From the NCBI GenBank assembly GCA_022813965.1, contig JALDZS010000048.1, forward strand, positions 62,001 through 126,000: DNA of 64,000 nucleotides, written 5' to 3'. Shown one piece after another: positions 39,643-52,826 of this stretch. The position numbers and the translations under genes are program-made. Every line of letters begins with the position of its first letter. Positions within the stretch are counted from its first letter, which is position 1. The DNA is from Toensbergia leucococca (taxonomy: Eukaryota). The notes beneath the pieces were generated by a model. That model saw only the letters and a list, made by a program, of their open reading frames with translations. It searched no databases and was not told the DNA's origin.

Positions 39643-42295
39643 ATGGTTGCGCCTGCTGTTCCTGAGTAAGTCAAACATCCACTCCTAGATTTCTCCATGG
39701 CCCAAGTCCTGCGTGGAAGCCAGTACATGTGATCAGAAGAGGCGAGGCCGCTTGGACAAGAAGCATCAACCATTTCTGTATCAATGCGGTATTTTCGCTA
39801 TGTTTGCGACCTAGTACAATCGCAACACCCCACGACCAATTTTGACACCTTTACCGACAGGATGTGCCCTTGCCCCAGGCGGGAATCCCCTTCTCTAGTA
39901 CTATTCACACACCCGAATACGAGAAAGGAGCTAACCGTGCGTGACATAGAATTATCGAAGAAGAAATCGAATCTGCCATTGAGAGCCGGAATGAAGCACT
40001 TCAAACCCTACGAGAACTAGGGCCTCCGGATCTTGTGCATTTGGTGAAACAATCTGTGAAATCTGGAAACCGCCAGGTACGTCTGCATTTGACTCGCGAT
40101 ATCTAAGATTTTGTTTGACACCTAAGATTGTTAGAGTGGGGTCTACCACCACGTCACTGGCGTAGATGCATCTTCATCTGCAAGTCTAGCAGCATATGTT
40201 AATACACTCACATACATACCGAATGACAAATCGCAGAAAGTCGTATCCGGGCTATACTGGTATGCGAGATGATGAAGGGTTACGGAGAACGCTGGAATTG
40301 ACATGATGCAGCTGCTACAATGCCTTTTCACGTTTGGATATGCGTGTGGATGTCAAAATACCGGGGGGTGTAGAAAGCTACTGCATCGATGAGCGAGGGG
40401 ACAAGCGCGTTGCTTCCGAAAGCCTATGGCTGGAGACATTCCTTTGCGCTGTGTTGAGGGCGTATGCCTACGCAGACGATGGCAGTGGAGATAGTATAAA
40501 GAAAATCATTGGTGTTCGGCGATTTGATCCGGTCACCAGTACAGAGGTAGAGCACAAGTTTCTTGACGCTGCTGAGCGACTGTTCTTCAAAGGTGGACTC
40601 CAAAAGCTTCGTTGTTTCGTTTTCGATAACTGATGCGCTTGTAGGGTGGCAACTTGGTTCAGATCCCGAGATACAGGTTCCAAATCTGGTTTCCAACCAT
40701 CTCACTACCGGCCTCATCAATTACATCCAAACGACTGGTCGATACGCTTCCGGAATCAATCTTTTCGAAAAACTTCGAAGTCGCGACGTCGAAGTCTCCT
40801 CGCTACTTGCTCGAGTCTTGATTTCTGCCGACGAAGAAGTACAGGCTGTCACACTTCTTCATGACGCTATTAACGAGCTGCCAATGGATTACTCACTTCT
40901 CGACTGCCAAGCTACCTTCTGCCAGAGCAAAGGCCGATTAGACTGGGCTTTGGAATGCGCAAAGCGTGGTGTGACAGCAGCACCCAGTGAATTCGGGACC
41001 TGGGCAAAGCTTGCTGAGGTCTATGTCGGTCTTGAGCAATGGGATCTTGCACTCTTGACCCTTAATTCTTGCCCGATGTTCACCTACCAAGATAAAGATG
41101 CACCGCGTATGCCCGACCCAGCACGTATTTTACTTCCAGTTCTAGCAGAAAGCGTGTTAGACGAAATAGATGAAACTCACAACGCCTACGAAAGTGAAAT
41201 GGTGCATCCAACTCTGCGAAAGTTACATGCTGCAGGCTATAAAGGCACCTTTTTAAAGGCGTATAGTCTTCTCACCGGCATCACGGCGAAGATTGGATGG
41301 GATCAATTGTTAAGGATACGAAGTCAAGTTTTTGTGATGGAGGAAGAATACCGAAGTGAGAAGCAGACAGGCGGAAGCCAACAACCTACTCCAAGTCGTA
41401 ATGCAAGCACCACTGCTCTGCGTGGCACCCCAAGTCCAGGTGTCAATGGTGAAGGGGCCTCTGGGCAAATGAATGGTGGCGTAGAGGAACAAGTGGATGA
41501 TGCAGAATCACAACTTACGGGAGCAACAGCTGCAGGACATGAGAGCAATGGAGAAACGAGCAGTAGCACGATGGCCGCCGCTGATAAGTCAATTGAAAAA
41601 CCGGAGCACACGATTACACCTGAAGTCGTTATGTCTGGAAACGAAGACGTAAGTAAGAGTATTTTACTTGCAGAAAACCAGTGAAGCTAATCAAACCTTC
41701 AAGCCCGATCCTTCGAACACTCACTACACCCAATTCCAGAATAAGCGTCTTTGCGAGCGATGGCTTGATAATCTCTTCATGGTTCTATACGAGGATCTCC
41801 GCGTCTACACAATCTGGCGCACAGACATGGCGCGAGCGAAACAAGACGAATCAGATTACAGAAAGTCCGCCGAGGAATGGGAGATCTTAGGAGAACTTGC
41901 GGAGCGCCTTCATCACGCATCAGAAGCAGTCGAGGCGTTCCAAGCATGTCTACGAGTCAAATTCTCTCCAAAGGCGATGAAAGGGGTATTGAAGACGTAT
42001 GAAAAACAGGGAAAGTATAACGATACTTTACAAGCCATGATACGTTTGATCGCGTGGCAGTACAGGTGGTATTCAGAGGTCAGTCATCGCATCAAACTTG
42101 CGTGCATGTTCTAATACCTCTCCTCAGTTCTCTCCAGCACTACTACGAACAGTCCGGAAGCTCATAGAAGATGAAGGAGCCGTGAAGGTACGAAGTATTG
42201 TGCAGGCTACAAGTCTACCACAGCCAGTACTAGATTTAACGCATCGCTACGTGGAATTATGTGCGACATTCAGATCTAGTGGGAGCGACGGATGA
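39643..42295 (+). CDS. BUD7: ChAPs family (Bud7/Bch1/Chs6) exomer cargo adaptor
   Basis: MVAPAVPE|..LRELGPPDLVHL..YHHVTGVDASSSASLAAY..C|CYNAF..ALLTLNSCPMF..IGWDQLLRIRSQVFVMEEEY..KRLCERWLDNLFMVLYEDLR. 6 introns. Confidence 0.93.
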
Positions 42296-42874
42296 TCTAC
42301 CAACCAGTGTGAGCATACAGCGGCGAATGTGCTTGGGTCTGTCTTGCTACGAACTGTCTTGTAGATAGCTTAAGAGAAGGTATTGAAGATCTTCGACAGA
42401 ACAATGATATCCGTGTCTTTCAATACATCACGTGTCAAAGGCCGTTGAATATTTTACTCGTACCGATCATGTGGGAGGCTAAAGCATTGCGGATCTAATC
42501 TTTTGAGTACAGGTTCAGTAAGATGATTTAAGAAGATTCGTGGACAGTGTACATGCACATGTAAGCCAATCAGGATTATCACCATATCCCCAGCGATCCC
42601 GTTCATGCACCACAAGTCCAATCGATGAGGGGAGAAACTCGTACTCCGTAAGCTTGCTGGGAATCGGGATCGCCAATTGGCAAATGCATTAGCGTCGGTG
42701 CCAAGACAGCCCCTGACGTGACGTCTTACGAGTTTCCCGGATCCCTGAACTCTCCGTGTCTCCCTACCTCCATCCGCAAAGCTTCCTTCAACCTCACTTC
42801 TTCCAACTTCCACACCCACACCCACATTCCTTCTCTCACTTCGCCAATTGATCAATCGCCACCTCCAAATCGCC

Positions 42875-43592
42875 ATGTCTACACGTAAAAGGAAGCAAGA
42901 ATCCGAGGAAGAGGAGGAACTCCAGGCACTACCTAGTGATGAGAGCGACGAGGAGGAAGAGTAAGCAAGCCTTTTCCTGACGTCATGTCATTGCTCTTCC
43001 ATCTCAGCGCATCAGTTCCGGATCAATCTGGTCATGCCTCCGCAATCGTACGAAATATTATCATGCGAGGCGCATTTGAGCTAGTGTCTACTTTTCCCGA
43101 CGCTGTTCTTCCTTCGATTGCTTAATTATATCATCAGTAGGCGCTTTGCTAACGGACCTGCAGATACGAAGAATCAGATGCCTCTGACGTCGATGAAGAT
43201 GCTTCCTCCGAAGAAGACGATGAAGGTACTATCTTCCGCTTCATCATAGCAATCGCAATATCCCATAATGCTGACGTTGGTCGTTCACAGCTCCCCCGGC
43301 ATCCAAGAAGCAAAAGACTGCTCCTCCTCCCGTTCCCGCTCCTGCCAAAAAGGCCGTCAATGACCCTGATGAAGTAGACGACGAAGATGAACCAGAAGAG
43401 CTCGAGGACGAAGATGACGGCGTAGCCGTACCGGGTGAGGAAGATGACGAGGAAGAGGGCGGAGACGATGATGATGAAGACGTGGAGGAAACCGCAAAAA
43501 CAGGCGGGCCTGCTGCTGCGGCGAAGGCGGTCAAGGGAGGAGTTGTGCCAAAAGAGGATGAGCTGGAGGAGGTTGATGACGAGGAAGATTAA
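42875..43592 (+). CDS. Small hyper-acidic, probably nuclear disordered protein (absent from the ORF track)
   Basis: 3 exons 42875-42960, 43164-43225 and 43291-43592 with canonical GT/branch/AG sites. Reads MSTRKRKQESEEEEELQALPSDESDEEEE YEESDASDVDED..APPASKKQKT..KEDELEEVDDEED*. Confidence 0.85.
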
Positions 43593-45345
43593 AAAAAATT
43601 CCAAAAGTTGATGGCTAGATGTTGTGCCGAAGATATTTTGGAGGACTGTGTGGTTTAGAGGCTCTTTACTGTTGGGAGAATATCTGGGTAGGGAAAATGT
43701 TTTGATAGAACACAACGAATCATTTTTTTGAGACACCCTTTGGAGGGTCTTGGCTTCAAGGTGATTTTGCATGGGATCACGCCTACCGCCCGAGGTATCT
43801 ACAACTAACTCAAAGCGGACTACAAGTTGACTGGAAACTCGAAGGTCTAATCATACATGTTTAGGGATATTAACCGCTAGTTATTGGTTCTCGCCAGTCA
43901 TGGCCATTCGCCTCACCAAGATTTAGGCGATATGATGGGGACGAGGTACAGTCGAGGAGTATATTATCAAGCTTTTGACAGTCGGATCTTGCCTGATGTG
44001 GTTAGTCAGTGCTACTCGAAACCGCGCAGAAATCAAATTTCATTGCGCTCACGCCCTTGATTATCTGTAATCTGTCCGCGTTTGCAATTCCCTATTAGCT
44101 CCTCTTAATGTCGATGTATCCCAGCCGTTTAAAACCGAGAAAAGTGCAGCCTGCATCGTTGGAAGAACAAAGACTTTGAATTTACTGGATGTCGTTGGAA
44201 GGGTTGCAGGGGTGACATCTTATCTAGGTACGTGGGAATGCTTCTTGAAGCTGCTGTGTGAGATGACTGCTAGACTATTAAGGGGACAGACCAAGATGGC
44301 GAGATGATGATGATGAAGCTGACCAACACCCGATCGGAGTCTTACTTGTACTCTAGCGACTATACTCCAAAATTCGCAATCCTGTACGTCGTTGATCACC
44401 ATGGCCAACTGATACTGATCTAAACCACTTAAGTGTTTAACTCAGTTATTTTCAGATCCCGGTACAGCTTCTCTGCATTGGTGGCTTGTAATTGGCAGAA
44501 GATCGGCAAATTTAGTTGCGCTCAATTATGGAATTCGCAACACCATGACGGAATCATTCCATATTTTCAATATTCTATGAACACTGCGCCAGCATACGAA
44601 TGATTTAATCACTGACTCTTGGTTTCATAGCACCTTCTCTTATTGAGTGGGAGTTCTGACAACAAATTGATAATTAATGGCCCGTTATCTTTTGATGGGT
44701 CCAAGTGGGTTTAACATACTGCTGAGTCAATGTCAATCATCAGGCTGATCGTTGTCTGAAAAAAGTCATTCTATCTGTGTGTTGATTTTGCCTACAGTAT
44801 TATTAACAGGTCACTGATGCATATGGTTTCTGCTAAAGTTTGGATTCTCACATCTAGGAAAAATTGTCATTGCGGTACAAGATTCACGTCCACAAGAGTA
44901 TGAAAGGCGTTGATGTCTCGGATTATTGTGCATAAGTTGTGATATATATGGGACAGTAGCCCGAGAGATAGATAGATGGTCATGTAAGTCAGGTTGTGAA
45001 CAGAAATCTATTCGTCGTAAAATCATTATTCCCAATACAAAGAACAACTGACCGAAGAGTAGGAGCCTTCGATCAGGTTCATACCACCCAGCCTTACAGA
45101 AACGGTCATAAGAACTCCGTCGATATCCCTTTACAAGCCTTGCTCAATGAAGACTCTATCGCTAATCCGTCGCGAGGTTTTGCTCCATACGCTGTGCCCC
45201 AAGACAGGGATGTGTAATCATTATTCTCAGCAGCACCTGTGAATAGGAACTACTCTGAAACCTCTTGGCCACTGCCAGCTTGTGTTCCGACTGTGTGGAC
45301 GACTGCACTATTAATAGTCGTCGAGTCGATTGGGATTCTGGGCGA

Positions 45346-45673
45346 CTAGGGGTCAGCGAGCTGCTCTGACTGGAGCTCGAGTCCCGAAGAAGGCTGGACT
45401 AGAACCAATGGCATAAGCATCTCCCTTCAGAATGAGTAGGGTTATAATGCAGGTACTTTGTTCCTCATCAGCGGGATGTTGATGATGATAATGGTCTTGC
45501 CAGATCTTCCAAGCTCGGTGGCCTTGCCAGATGGTGACGATACTTGCTATGAGTGCGAGGATGCCAAAGACGACGGTGCTCAGGGCATCACTGGGACCGG
45601 TGGGACCCGAAACGGAGGTAAAGGGCGACTCGTGAGAGCTTCCGTTACCTGTTGGGGAGGGAAGAGGTGACAT
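45346..45673 (-). CDS. Small single-pass membrane protein, hypothetical
   Basis: S/P-rich N-terminus, TM helix TVVFGILALIASIVTIW, then QGHRAWKIW. Probable intron 45456-45399 (if unspliced, the ORF ends at 45353). Confidence 0.55.
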
Positions 45674-46880
45674 AATTGTGGTTGCGAAATTTAAAGTCGA
45701 GTGTGAGATTAGAAGAGTAAAGTCGGCGAATGACTGCCGTTATATACTTGTTCATGATGTAGAAAGGGTCAGAGTATGAGGAGGCCAACCTCGTACTCCC
45801 TCTCCTTCATAATCCCTCGGCCTACATCACAACCCTGATTGCGTGCTCCCTCGCAGCTTGCATTAAGCATTCACCACTTACATTCTGAGTAGGTGGTTAG
45901 CGACAGCCCGGGGCCTGCAGATCTAGGGTGTACCATCCAATCATCACTAAGCACCACCCTCCCACCACATGGCTGGTGTGGGAGGCTGTGTGGTTGAGGT
46001 TAACGGCTTGAAGTGGCAGTGGGTGGGAGGGATGAATCGTCGAGAGGGTCGCCGGCCGTTCGAGACTGCGTACAGGATGACATCTGCACCTTCCATATAT
46101 GGCTTAGAATAGTCACCGATTTCGGTAAAGTGGTGAAGTGCTGTGTCGGACTAATTCTGAAGGTAATTAGGTCTTCCGCTACTGTAAGGGACGTGGGGAC
46201 CACATCCAACATCTTCGTATGAGTGAGGCTCTGACGTCTCGAAGTCTTTGTCGTTCACCAATCAACGCTTAATAGATCACAATCCTTGCAGTGAGAACGC
46301 GTTAAGGCACGAGTATTTGTACCAACCTGTCCAAACACTGCATATAGCTACGTCATGCTTCCCTAAACATCTTCGACATCCTACTCGTACAAGGCTGTAC
46401 GTGAATCCAAGCAGAATCAATAATTCCAACTCATGTCGCCGAAAAGTCTATCCCCTTGGCAGTCTAACCCGATCGGAAAAACCAATCGGACCGCTTAGTA
46501 AGGTATGAAATCCCGCCAAAAGTCAACCAATCTGCCAGTATTTTTGCTTTTGGGAAATCTCCAGAAGTCTGCTGGGTATAATCAGGGTCAAGTGAGCAAG
46601 CTCGTAGTCCAGGTCTCTGTAATAAAAGCAAAATGGTCCTGCAGGATCATAATTTTAACAAGGCCGAACGAGTACCTTGAATTTGCATTTGCATTCAACT
46701 TCCTAAATGAGCCTAATCAGCTCCGAATGACAAAACGAACAGGTGGTATAACGCAGTGAACAATACCCATCATGATACATGACATCTACGCTCTCAAAGT
46801 ACAGTCCCCAGATCCCGCCTCAGCAGCTACCATTACCAACAAACCTCCCCTCCCCTCACAACTCACCACTCCATCTCCCC

Positions 46881-47437
46881 TCAAATCACCGCCCTACCCG
46901 TATGCAAAGACCTCCCCCTCCTAAACCAAAAGAACAACACCGCCCCCGCAATCGCACTGATCAGCCACAACAACATATTGACCAAATCCACCCACACCGC
47001 ATTCTTCATCCGCTGAATCCCCGCATCCCCCTCTGGATTCTCACGAATATACATCTTCCCAAAGATCCCAAACAGCGCAAGCCAAAGCACACTAGAATCC
47101 CCCCCGCCCGGGAGAAATTAGCAAACCCCTAACCTCTTCCCGGGCACCGAACGAAAAGGGCAAAAACTCACAAAACAACCCCATCCCACCCAAAAAACAC
47201 CCAACTCTTCACCCGCGGCACTACATACACTAAACACGTCGCCGCCGCGAACCCGGCCACCACCTCCGCATACACCCATTTCGAGTCCGCGTACACGTGC
47301 TTCTTGCGCGCGTTGGAGAGGTCGACGCCATAGAGGCCGGCGACGGTGAGGGCGAGCACGAATTGGAAGAAACGGAGGGTTGTGAGGGCGATGTAGGTGG
47401 GGAGGCCGCCTGGGTGAATTGTTTGGGGGAGATACAT
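46881..47437 (-). CDS. MARVEL-like four-TM membrane protein
   Basis: LRFFQFVLALTVAGLYGVDL..SKWVYAEVVAG..WDGVVF|VLWLALFGIFGKMYI..RMKNAVWVDLVNMLLWLISA. Intron 47171-47092. Confidence 0.85.
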
Positions 47438-48191
47438 TGTTGGGAGGTCTTGATTTTCTTCTGGTGGCTGGGTGGTATTTTTTTCTCAGAGACGGGTGAA
47501 GATGTGGTAGGAACGATGGGGATTGTTGAATGGTGGCACTGGTGGTTGATGGTGTTTTCGGAAATCTGGTCTTTGGTGTTTGCGCGTAGATCTTGATGGC
47601 TTGCTTTTTCTTCAAGGAATCGCGCCGTGCGCACACGCCATAATTGTTCCCTTTCGCAAAGATGTTCAGATGCAAGAATTACCTCTTCTCATATTAATAT
47701 CACTTCAACACAAAGGAGTCGCGTGATTTCCTTGTATGCGCTGGCTGGCGGGTGATGAAACTGGGTAGACGCTAAAAGAATTGGAACAAGTGACCAATGA
47801 TGCAAAAGTGACGTTTGGAGACATGGATGGTGCTGGAACGGGAGGGAAGAAGCGAGGAAGACTAAAATAAGTGTGGAGGCTAACTTTCTGGGGGTTGGTG
47901 TGGGTTGATTGGTTGGTTGTCATCTCACGAATAAGAAGGGCCAAGTAATTGTTGAATTCATGAAACATTTTTCGTAAATTCCTTTACTAGATGAGATGAA
48001 TACAAATTAGATGGTACATTCCCTCTTATTTACCTTGTATTCCTTAGTTGCTTGTTATCTGCGACGACAGCACGGCCCCTTTGCTACACTCATTCCAAAA
48101 CATATACATCAGCTCCGTCCATAGACCTTAGTCCCGTGTATCGGTCTCAAATAGTACTTCTCGGAAGCCCCTTCCTCATCTCAAGCTTTTG

Positions 48192-50671
48192 TCACTCGAA
48201 ACCCCTCCTAAAATTTGCCTTCTGCACGATTTCCCTATCTACAAGCCCTGTGACCTTCTGAGGACTATACTGCTCCGATGGATTCGACTCCTCAAACTCA
48301 ACCAGCGCAGTACCCGCCTTGCAAAGATCCTGCAAACGAGTCAATCAGGATGATTTTTAATCTTTACAGGTGGACAACTCACTCCCTGACGATGTACAAC
48401 CCTAGAAATTACGCCATCCTGCGGACTTCGGATTACCGTTTCCATCTTCATACTCTCTATGACGACCAGCGCCTGATCTTTCTTAACCTTCGCGCCTTCC
48501 TCTACCTCTACTCGAAGAATTTTGCACGGCATGGGTGCTAGGACGCTATTAGTGATGTCTTTGATCCCTAGAGCCTTCTCGATCCATGGTGGTGTTGCGC
48601 ATTGTAGACGGTACTGTTGGCCTTGCTGGAAAAGCGTGAGCTTCCCGTCCTCGTTGATAAGCCGCGTTTCGAGCCTTGTGTGGGGCAAGAAGGAAGTGAC
48701 GCTTCGAGCCTCGGAGTCCCAGTGGCTTAGAATTGATGAGTAGGAAGCTCCATTGATCGATACATCAAAGAGTCCCAAGTCGGTGTGCTTCAAGTTCACA
48801 GCTGTCTCCATGCTATCTATTGTGCCATCTGATTTTGTTCTGACAAAACGGAAAACGCGGCCCTGCGACCCAGAGGTAAATCCAGAAGGACCTTGAGGGT
48901 GGAATGCACTCTTTCCCTGCAGTGCTCCAGCCTCTTGTAGATAAACGCCTAACGCGGCTTGTGCAAAGACTTCTGGTGCTACTTGGACCTCGGCAAACAG
49001 TTCTTCTTTCCTTTTGGTGATGAAACCTGTCTCTACCTCACCAGCGATGAAAGCTGGACTTCGACAAACTCGCTTGAGAAATTCGATGTTGGTGGTAGGA
49101 CCGACAATTTCATACTCATTCAACGCACCAAGAAGTTTCTGGATTGCAGCTTCGCGCGTAGGACCTTGCACGATCAATTTGGCAATCATTGGGTCATAGT
49201 GAGAGGAGACCTCGTCACCAGCAATGAAGCCTGCATCAATACGCACCGTCTCTGTGGGTCGCGGCGTTCTTAGATGGATTAAGCGGCCTGAATCGGGGAT
49301 GAAATTCCTGTATCCGAATTAGTCACAGCCTACGGCTCCAAGATTTGTAGCCTCATACATGTCAGGATTCTCAGCATAGATTCTAGCTTCAATCGCGTGA
49401 CCCCGATCTGCAATTCTTGCCTCGATCTCTGCTTGAGTCAAGGGTAATTTGCCACCCTCGGCCACAATGATCTGCCAATGTACAAGATCTTCCCCAGTGA
49501 CCATTTCCGTTACTGGATGCTCGACCTGTAGTCTTGTGTTCATCTCCATGAAGAAGAATTCCCCAGTCTCATTGTCAAAGATGAACTCAACCGTTCCTGC
49601 ACCCTCATAACCGACAGCCAAAGCTGCAGCCCGCGCCTTCTCCCATAAATCCTGACGGACTGTAGAATCCAGGTGAGGCGCGGGCGATTCCTCCAAGATC
49701 TTCTGGTGCCTCCTCTGGATACTGCAGTCACGCTCCCCAAGAGCAACGCAGTTGCCGTGCTGGTCTGCGAAGACTTGAACCTCGATATGGCGAGGTGTTG
49801 TGATGTACTTTTCAACCAACATCACGTCGTCACCGAAGGAGCTCCAAGCTTCTGATTTTGCAGACTTCAATTGATCTTCAAAGACATCTGGAGTCATCGC
49901 AATACGCATGCCCTTTCCGCCACCTCCTTTGACCGCTTTGAGAAGTACTGGAAAGCCAATCTTAAAAGCTTCCGCTTTCAGGAAATCTGGATCTTGATTT
50001 GAGCCGTGATAACCTGGTACGCATGGCACACCAGCTTTAGTCATGATCTCTTTTGATCGACTGCGACTGCTCAGCGGAGCCAATCACTCAGCTATTCAAG
50101 TAAATGTACCTCTTGTTTCCCATTGCCTCCATTGCCTGCCATGGAGGACCGATGAAGACTAAGCCAGCCTCAATACATTTTCTAGCAAAAGCAGAGTTTT
50201 CGCTGAGCTTAGAGTCTGTCAGTAAGTCTCGCATGCTATGATAGTGAACTCAGAGTGTACAAAGCCATAGCCTGGATGAATACCGGTACAGCGCTGCTGT
50301 TTAGCGACTTCAATGATCCTATCACCATCAAGATAGGCTGAAGGATCTCCCAAGTTGATAGCAAAGGGAGAGCTCAGTGCATGCTGTGATGTGGCATCTG
50401 GATCCGTATAGATGGTAGTAGTCTTGATGCCGTACTGTGAAGCCGTTCTCCCGACACGTCTTGGATATTGTTAGAAGTAATTCAGACCGGAGAAGCTAGC
50501 ACTGACTGACAGAGCTATTTCACCACGATTCGCAATCAATATCGATGTCAATGGGGTGGTTGAACTCTGTAGTCTTGCAACATATGCATATTTCTTTCTT
50601 GTGACGAGGTATGTAGCGCGGTGGGGCACACCAAGGAGACTTGAGCGTGCAATACCAGGGCCAAGAACCAT
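48192..50671 (-). CDS. mccA: 3-methylcrotonyl-CoA carboxylase alpha (biotin-containing) subunit
   Basis: [58 protein letters not shown], biotinyl motif ESMKM. Mitochondrial-type presequence; 5 introns. Confidence 0.95.
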
Positions 50672-51145
50672 TCTGATTTACTTATGAGTTATCAATGCCA
50701 TGGTAGAGAGAAGTTGAAAATTGAATGCTGCATAAATGACATTTTGTACTTTAAACTGCCGCTGCTAGCCGCCTTGTCCTAGACCTATCACAGCACCGAA
50801 CCCCTCGACCCTGCCTCCTGCCTGGAATAATTCACGAACAGGGTCGTTGTGTTATGCCCGAGGCATCGCGGTGAATTCTACATTATGCCACTCTTTAGTT
50901 GACACCCACCACCTTTTTTATATGAACTCGACTATGCCCCGACTCTCCTTTCTGTTGTTCACCTGAGCGACTAGTAAGCCCCAGTTCAACTCATCCTTCG
51001 GAACTATTCCTTTCACTATCAGCCAGCACGCACAAAAGGCTCTGTACATACATTCTCCGGCCTTGATAATTCGTTATCTGGTATCCACGCTGTATGAAAT
51101 GATCAATGGGCTGGAGTAATCTAGAGTACCTCGAGAAAAATCACA

Positions 51146-52550
51146 ATGTCAGACGACGAAGAATACTACGATGATGATGACTACTACTACATCGACGATG
51201 GACCTGTGGCTGAAGCAGTGAGTTCTAGACTTCATTGCAAAGCGTCTTCCCAGTCTCCGTACTCGAGTCCTTTCCTGACAGCTTCTATAGGATGACCTAG
51301 CCGAGCACACCATGTACTCACCCGTGTGGCAAGACAATGATCCAGCCTACGACGTAACCGAATACTGGAGCGATTGGGAATACTACTCTGATGATTACTA
51401 CGACCAACTATCACCGAAGAAGAGGAGACGGAATGCAGAAGCTGTTGGTGATACCACAGGAACGCCTGGCACGAGAGCAAATGTCACAGGAAGTACACAA
51501 ACGCGGAAGCGGCGAAAGTTCAAATCCATGGACGAGATCTCAGAACTGTCTCTTGGCGAATCAGTAGATTCTGAGATGGACGGGCCTGCACCTGCAAGGC
51601 ATGTCGTGGTCTGGAGGTCAAAAAGCCCTACCAACAAGACCCCTGTAGTCATGGATGGACAAGGAGAGAAAGTGGCCTTGCTCAAGGATTGGAAAGATAT
51701 GTTGAAAGCCATTCCAAAGCAAACGCAAAGCGGTCCTCAGCCGAAGAGCTCAAAACCAACGGAAAGGGCCGTGGCAGTAGTAATAGAACGCAGATGCCCA
51801 GAAGAGCGTGACACTTCTACTAAGATGAAGACATCCACAAAACACGGAGACGCAAAAGCTAAGGGCAAGAAGGCGCATCCACTTGCCAACGGGAGGTCCA
51901 CAACCGTATCCTTCAACGCGAAGCAGAAATTCAAGCCCTCCAATGACCCGAGTAGCTCCATTCCTGCAATAACAACCAATGGTCCACCCAACGGAAAAAT
52001 TACCCTCGCCCATCGCACAAATGGCCTCACCAACGGACGAAAGCGAAAGGCGCCGGAGTCAACCGAAGTCAAGACACATCCAGCCGACAATGAAACCGAA
52101 GAGCAGACCGGTCCACGAAAGCGGAGATCCGTAAAAATGCAAGACAACGAGACCCGGGACCCAAAGCCCCGAGAGCCTCCTCCAAGCAAAGTCCCAGTAT
52201 CAGAACCTCCGCAGAAAAAGAAAGCCACCAGCTCCACAGGAAGACGCACCCCGCTAAACCCCAACGACCATCTCCCCCACCCTCCCTTGTCCAAACCCTC
52301 CGGACGCAGAAGAAAAGTACCAGAAATCACAGAACCCCTAAAGCCATCCGCAAACCCAAAAGCAACTCAGCCAGCAGAGCCGAATGAGCCCGTGTTGTCC
52401 GGCCGAAAGAGAAAAGCCCGCGATACAGAGGAGACGTCGAGACCACCGGCGAAACGGACCAAGTCTATCCAAAAAGACTTGGCTACTTCGGTTGACAAGA
52501 AGACGCCGGCTGCCGGGGGGAGAAGGAGTACCCGGACGAAAAATGGTTGA
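51146..52550 (+). CDS. Hypothetical protein, D/Y-rich acidic N-terminus and K/R-rich disordered C-terminus
   Basis: MSDDEEYYDDDDYYYIDDGPVAEA|DDLAEHTMYSPVW..YWSDWEYYSDDYYD..GEKVALLKDWK. Intron 51218-51290; several NLS-like GRKRKA motifs. Confidence 0.8.
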
Positions 52551-52826
52551 GTGAAGTCGAAAAATCTTGCGTGATGTTTGAGAGTCTTATCTGCGGCACG
52601 GCGTGCTTGCCTTGTTCTTTTTTCGGCCAAGGTGGCTTGCTTTGGCAGCAAAAGCAGGTGAGAATGTATGTATGCATTGGGTTGGTAAGACACGAGTAGG
52701 CGTGGTGGTCATTGCTGTCATTGTCCATTCTGTGCGTGAAAGTTTCATGTACATATTTACAAGAAACCAAACTTAAGCGAATCCCAACTCGCTACTGCTG
52801 ATATTCTTTCTCACTCGCCACCGGCC

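Noticed and set aside
43149..43772. 207-aa hydrophobic minus-strand ORF (likewise 20129-20674)
   Set aside because: Antisense shadow of GAR/GAY-rich acidic or R/E coding sequence.
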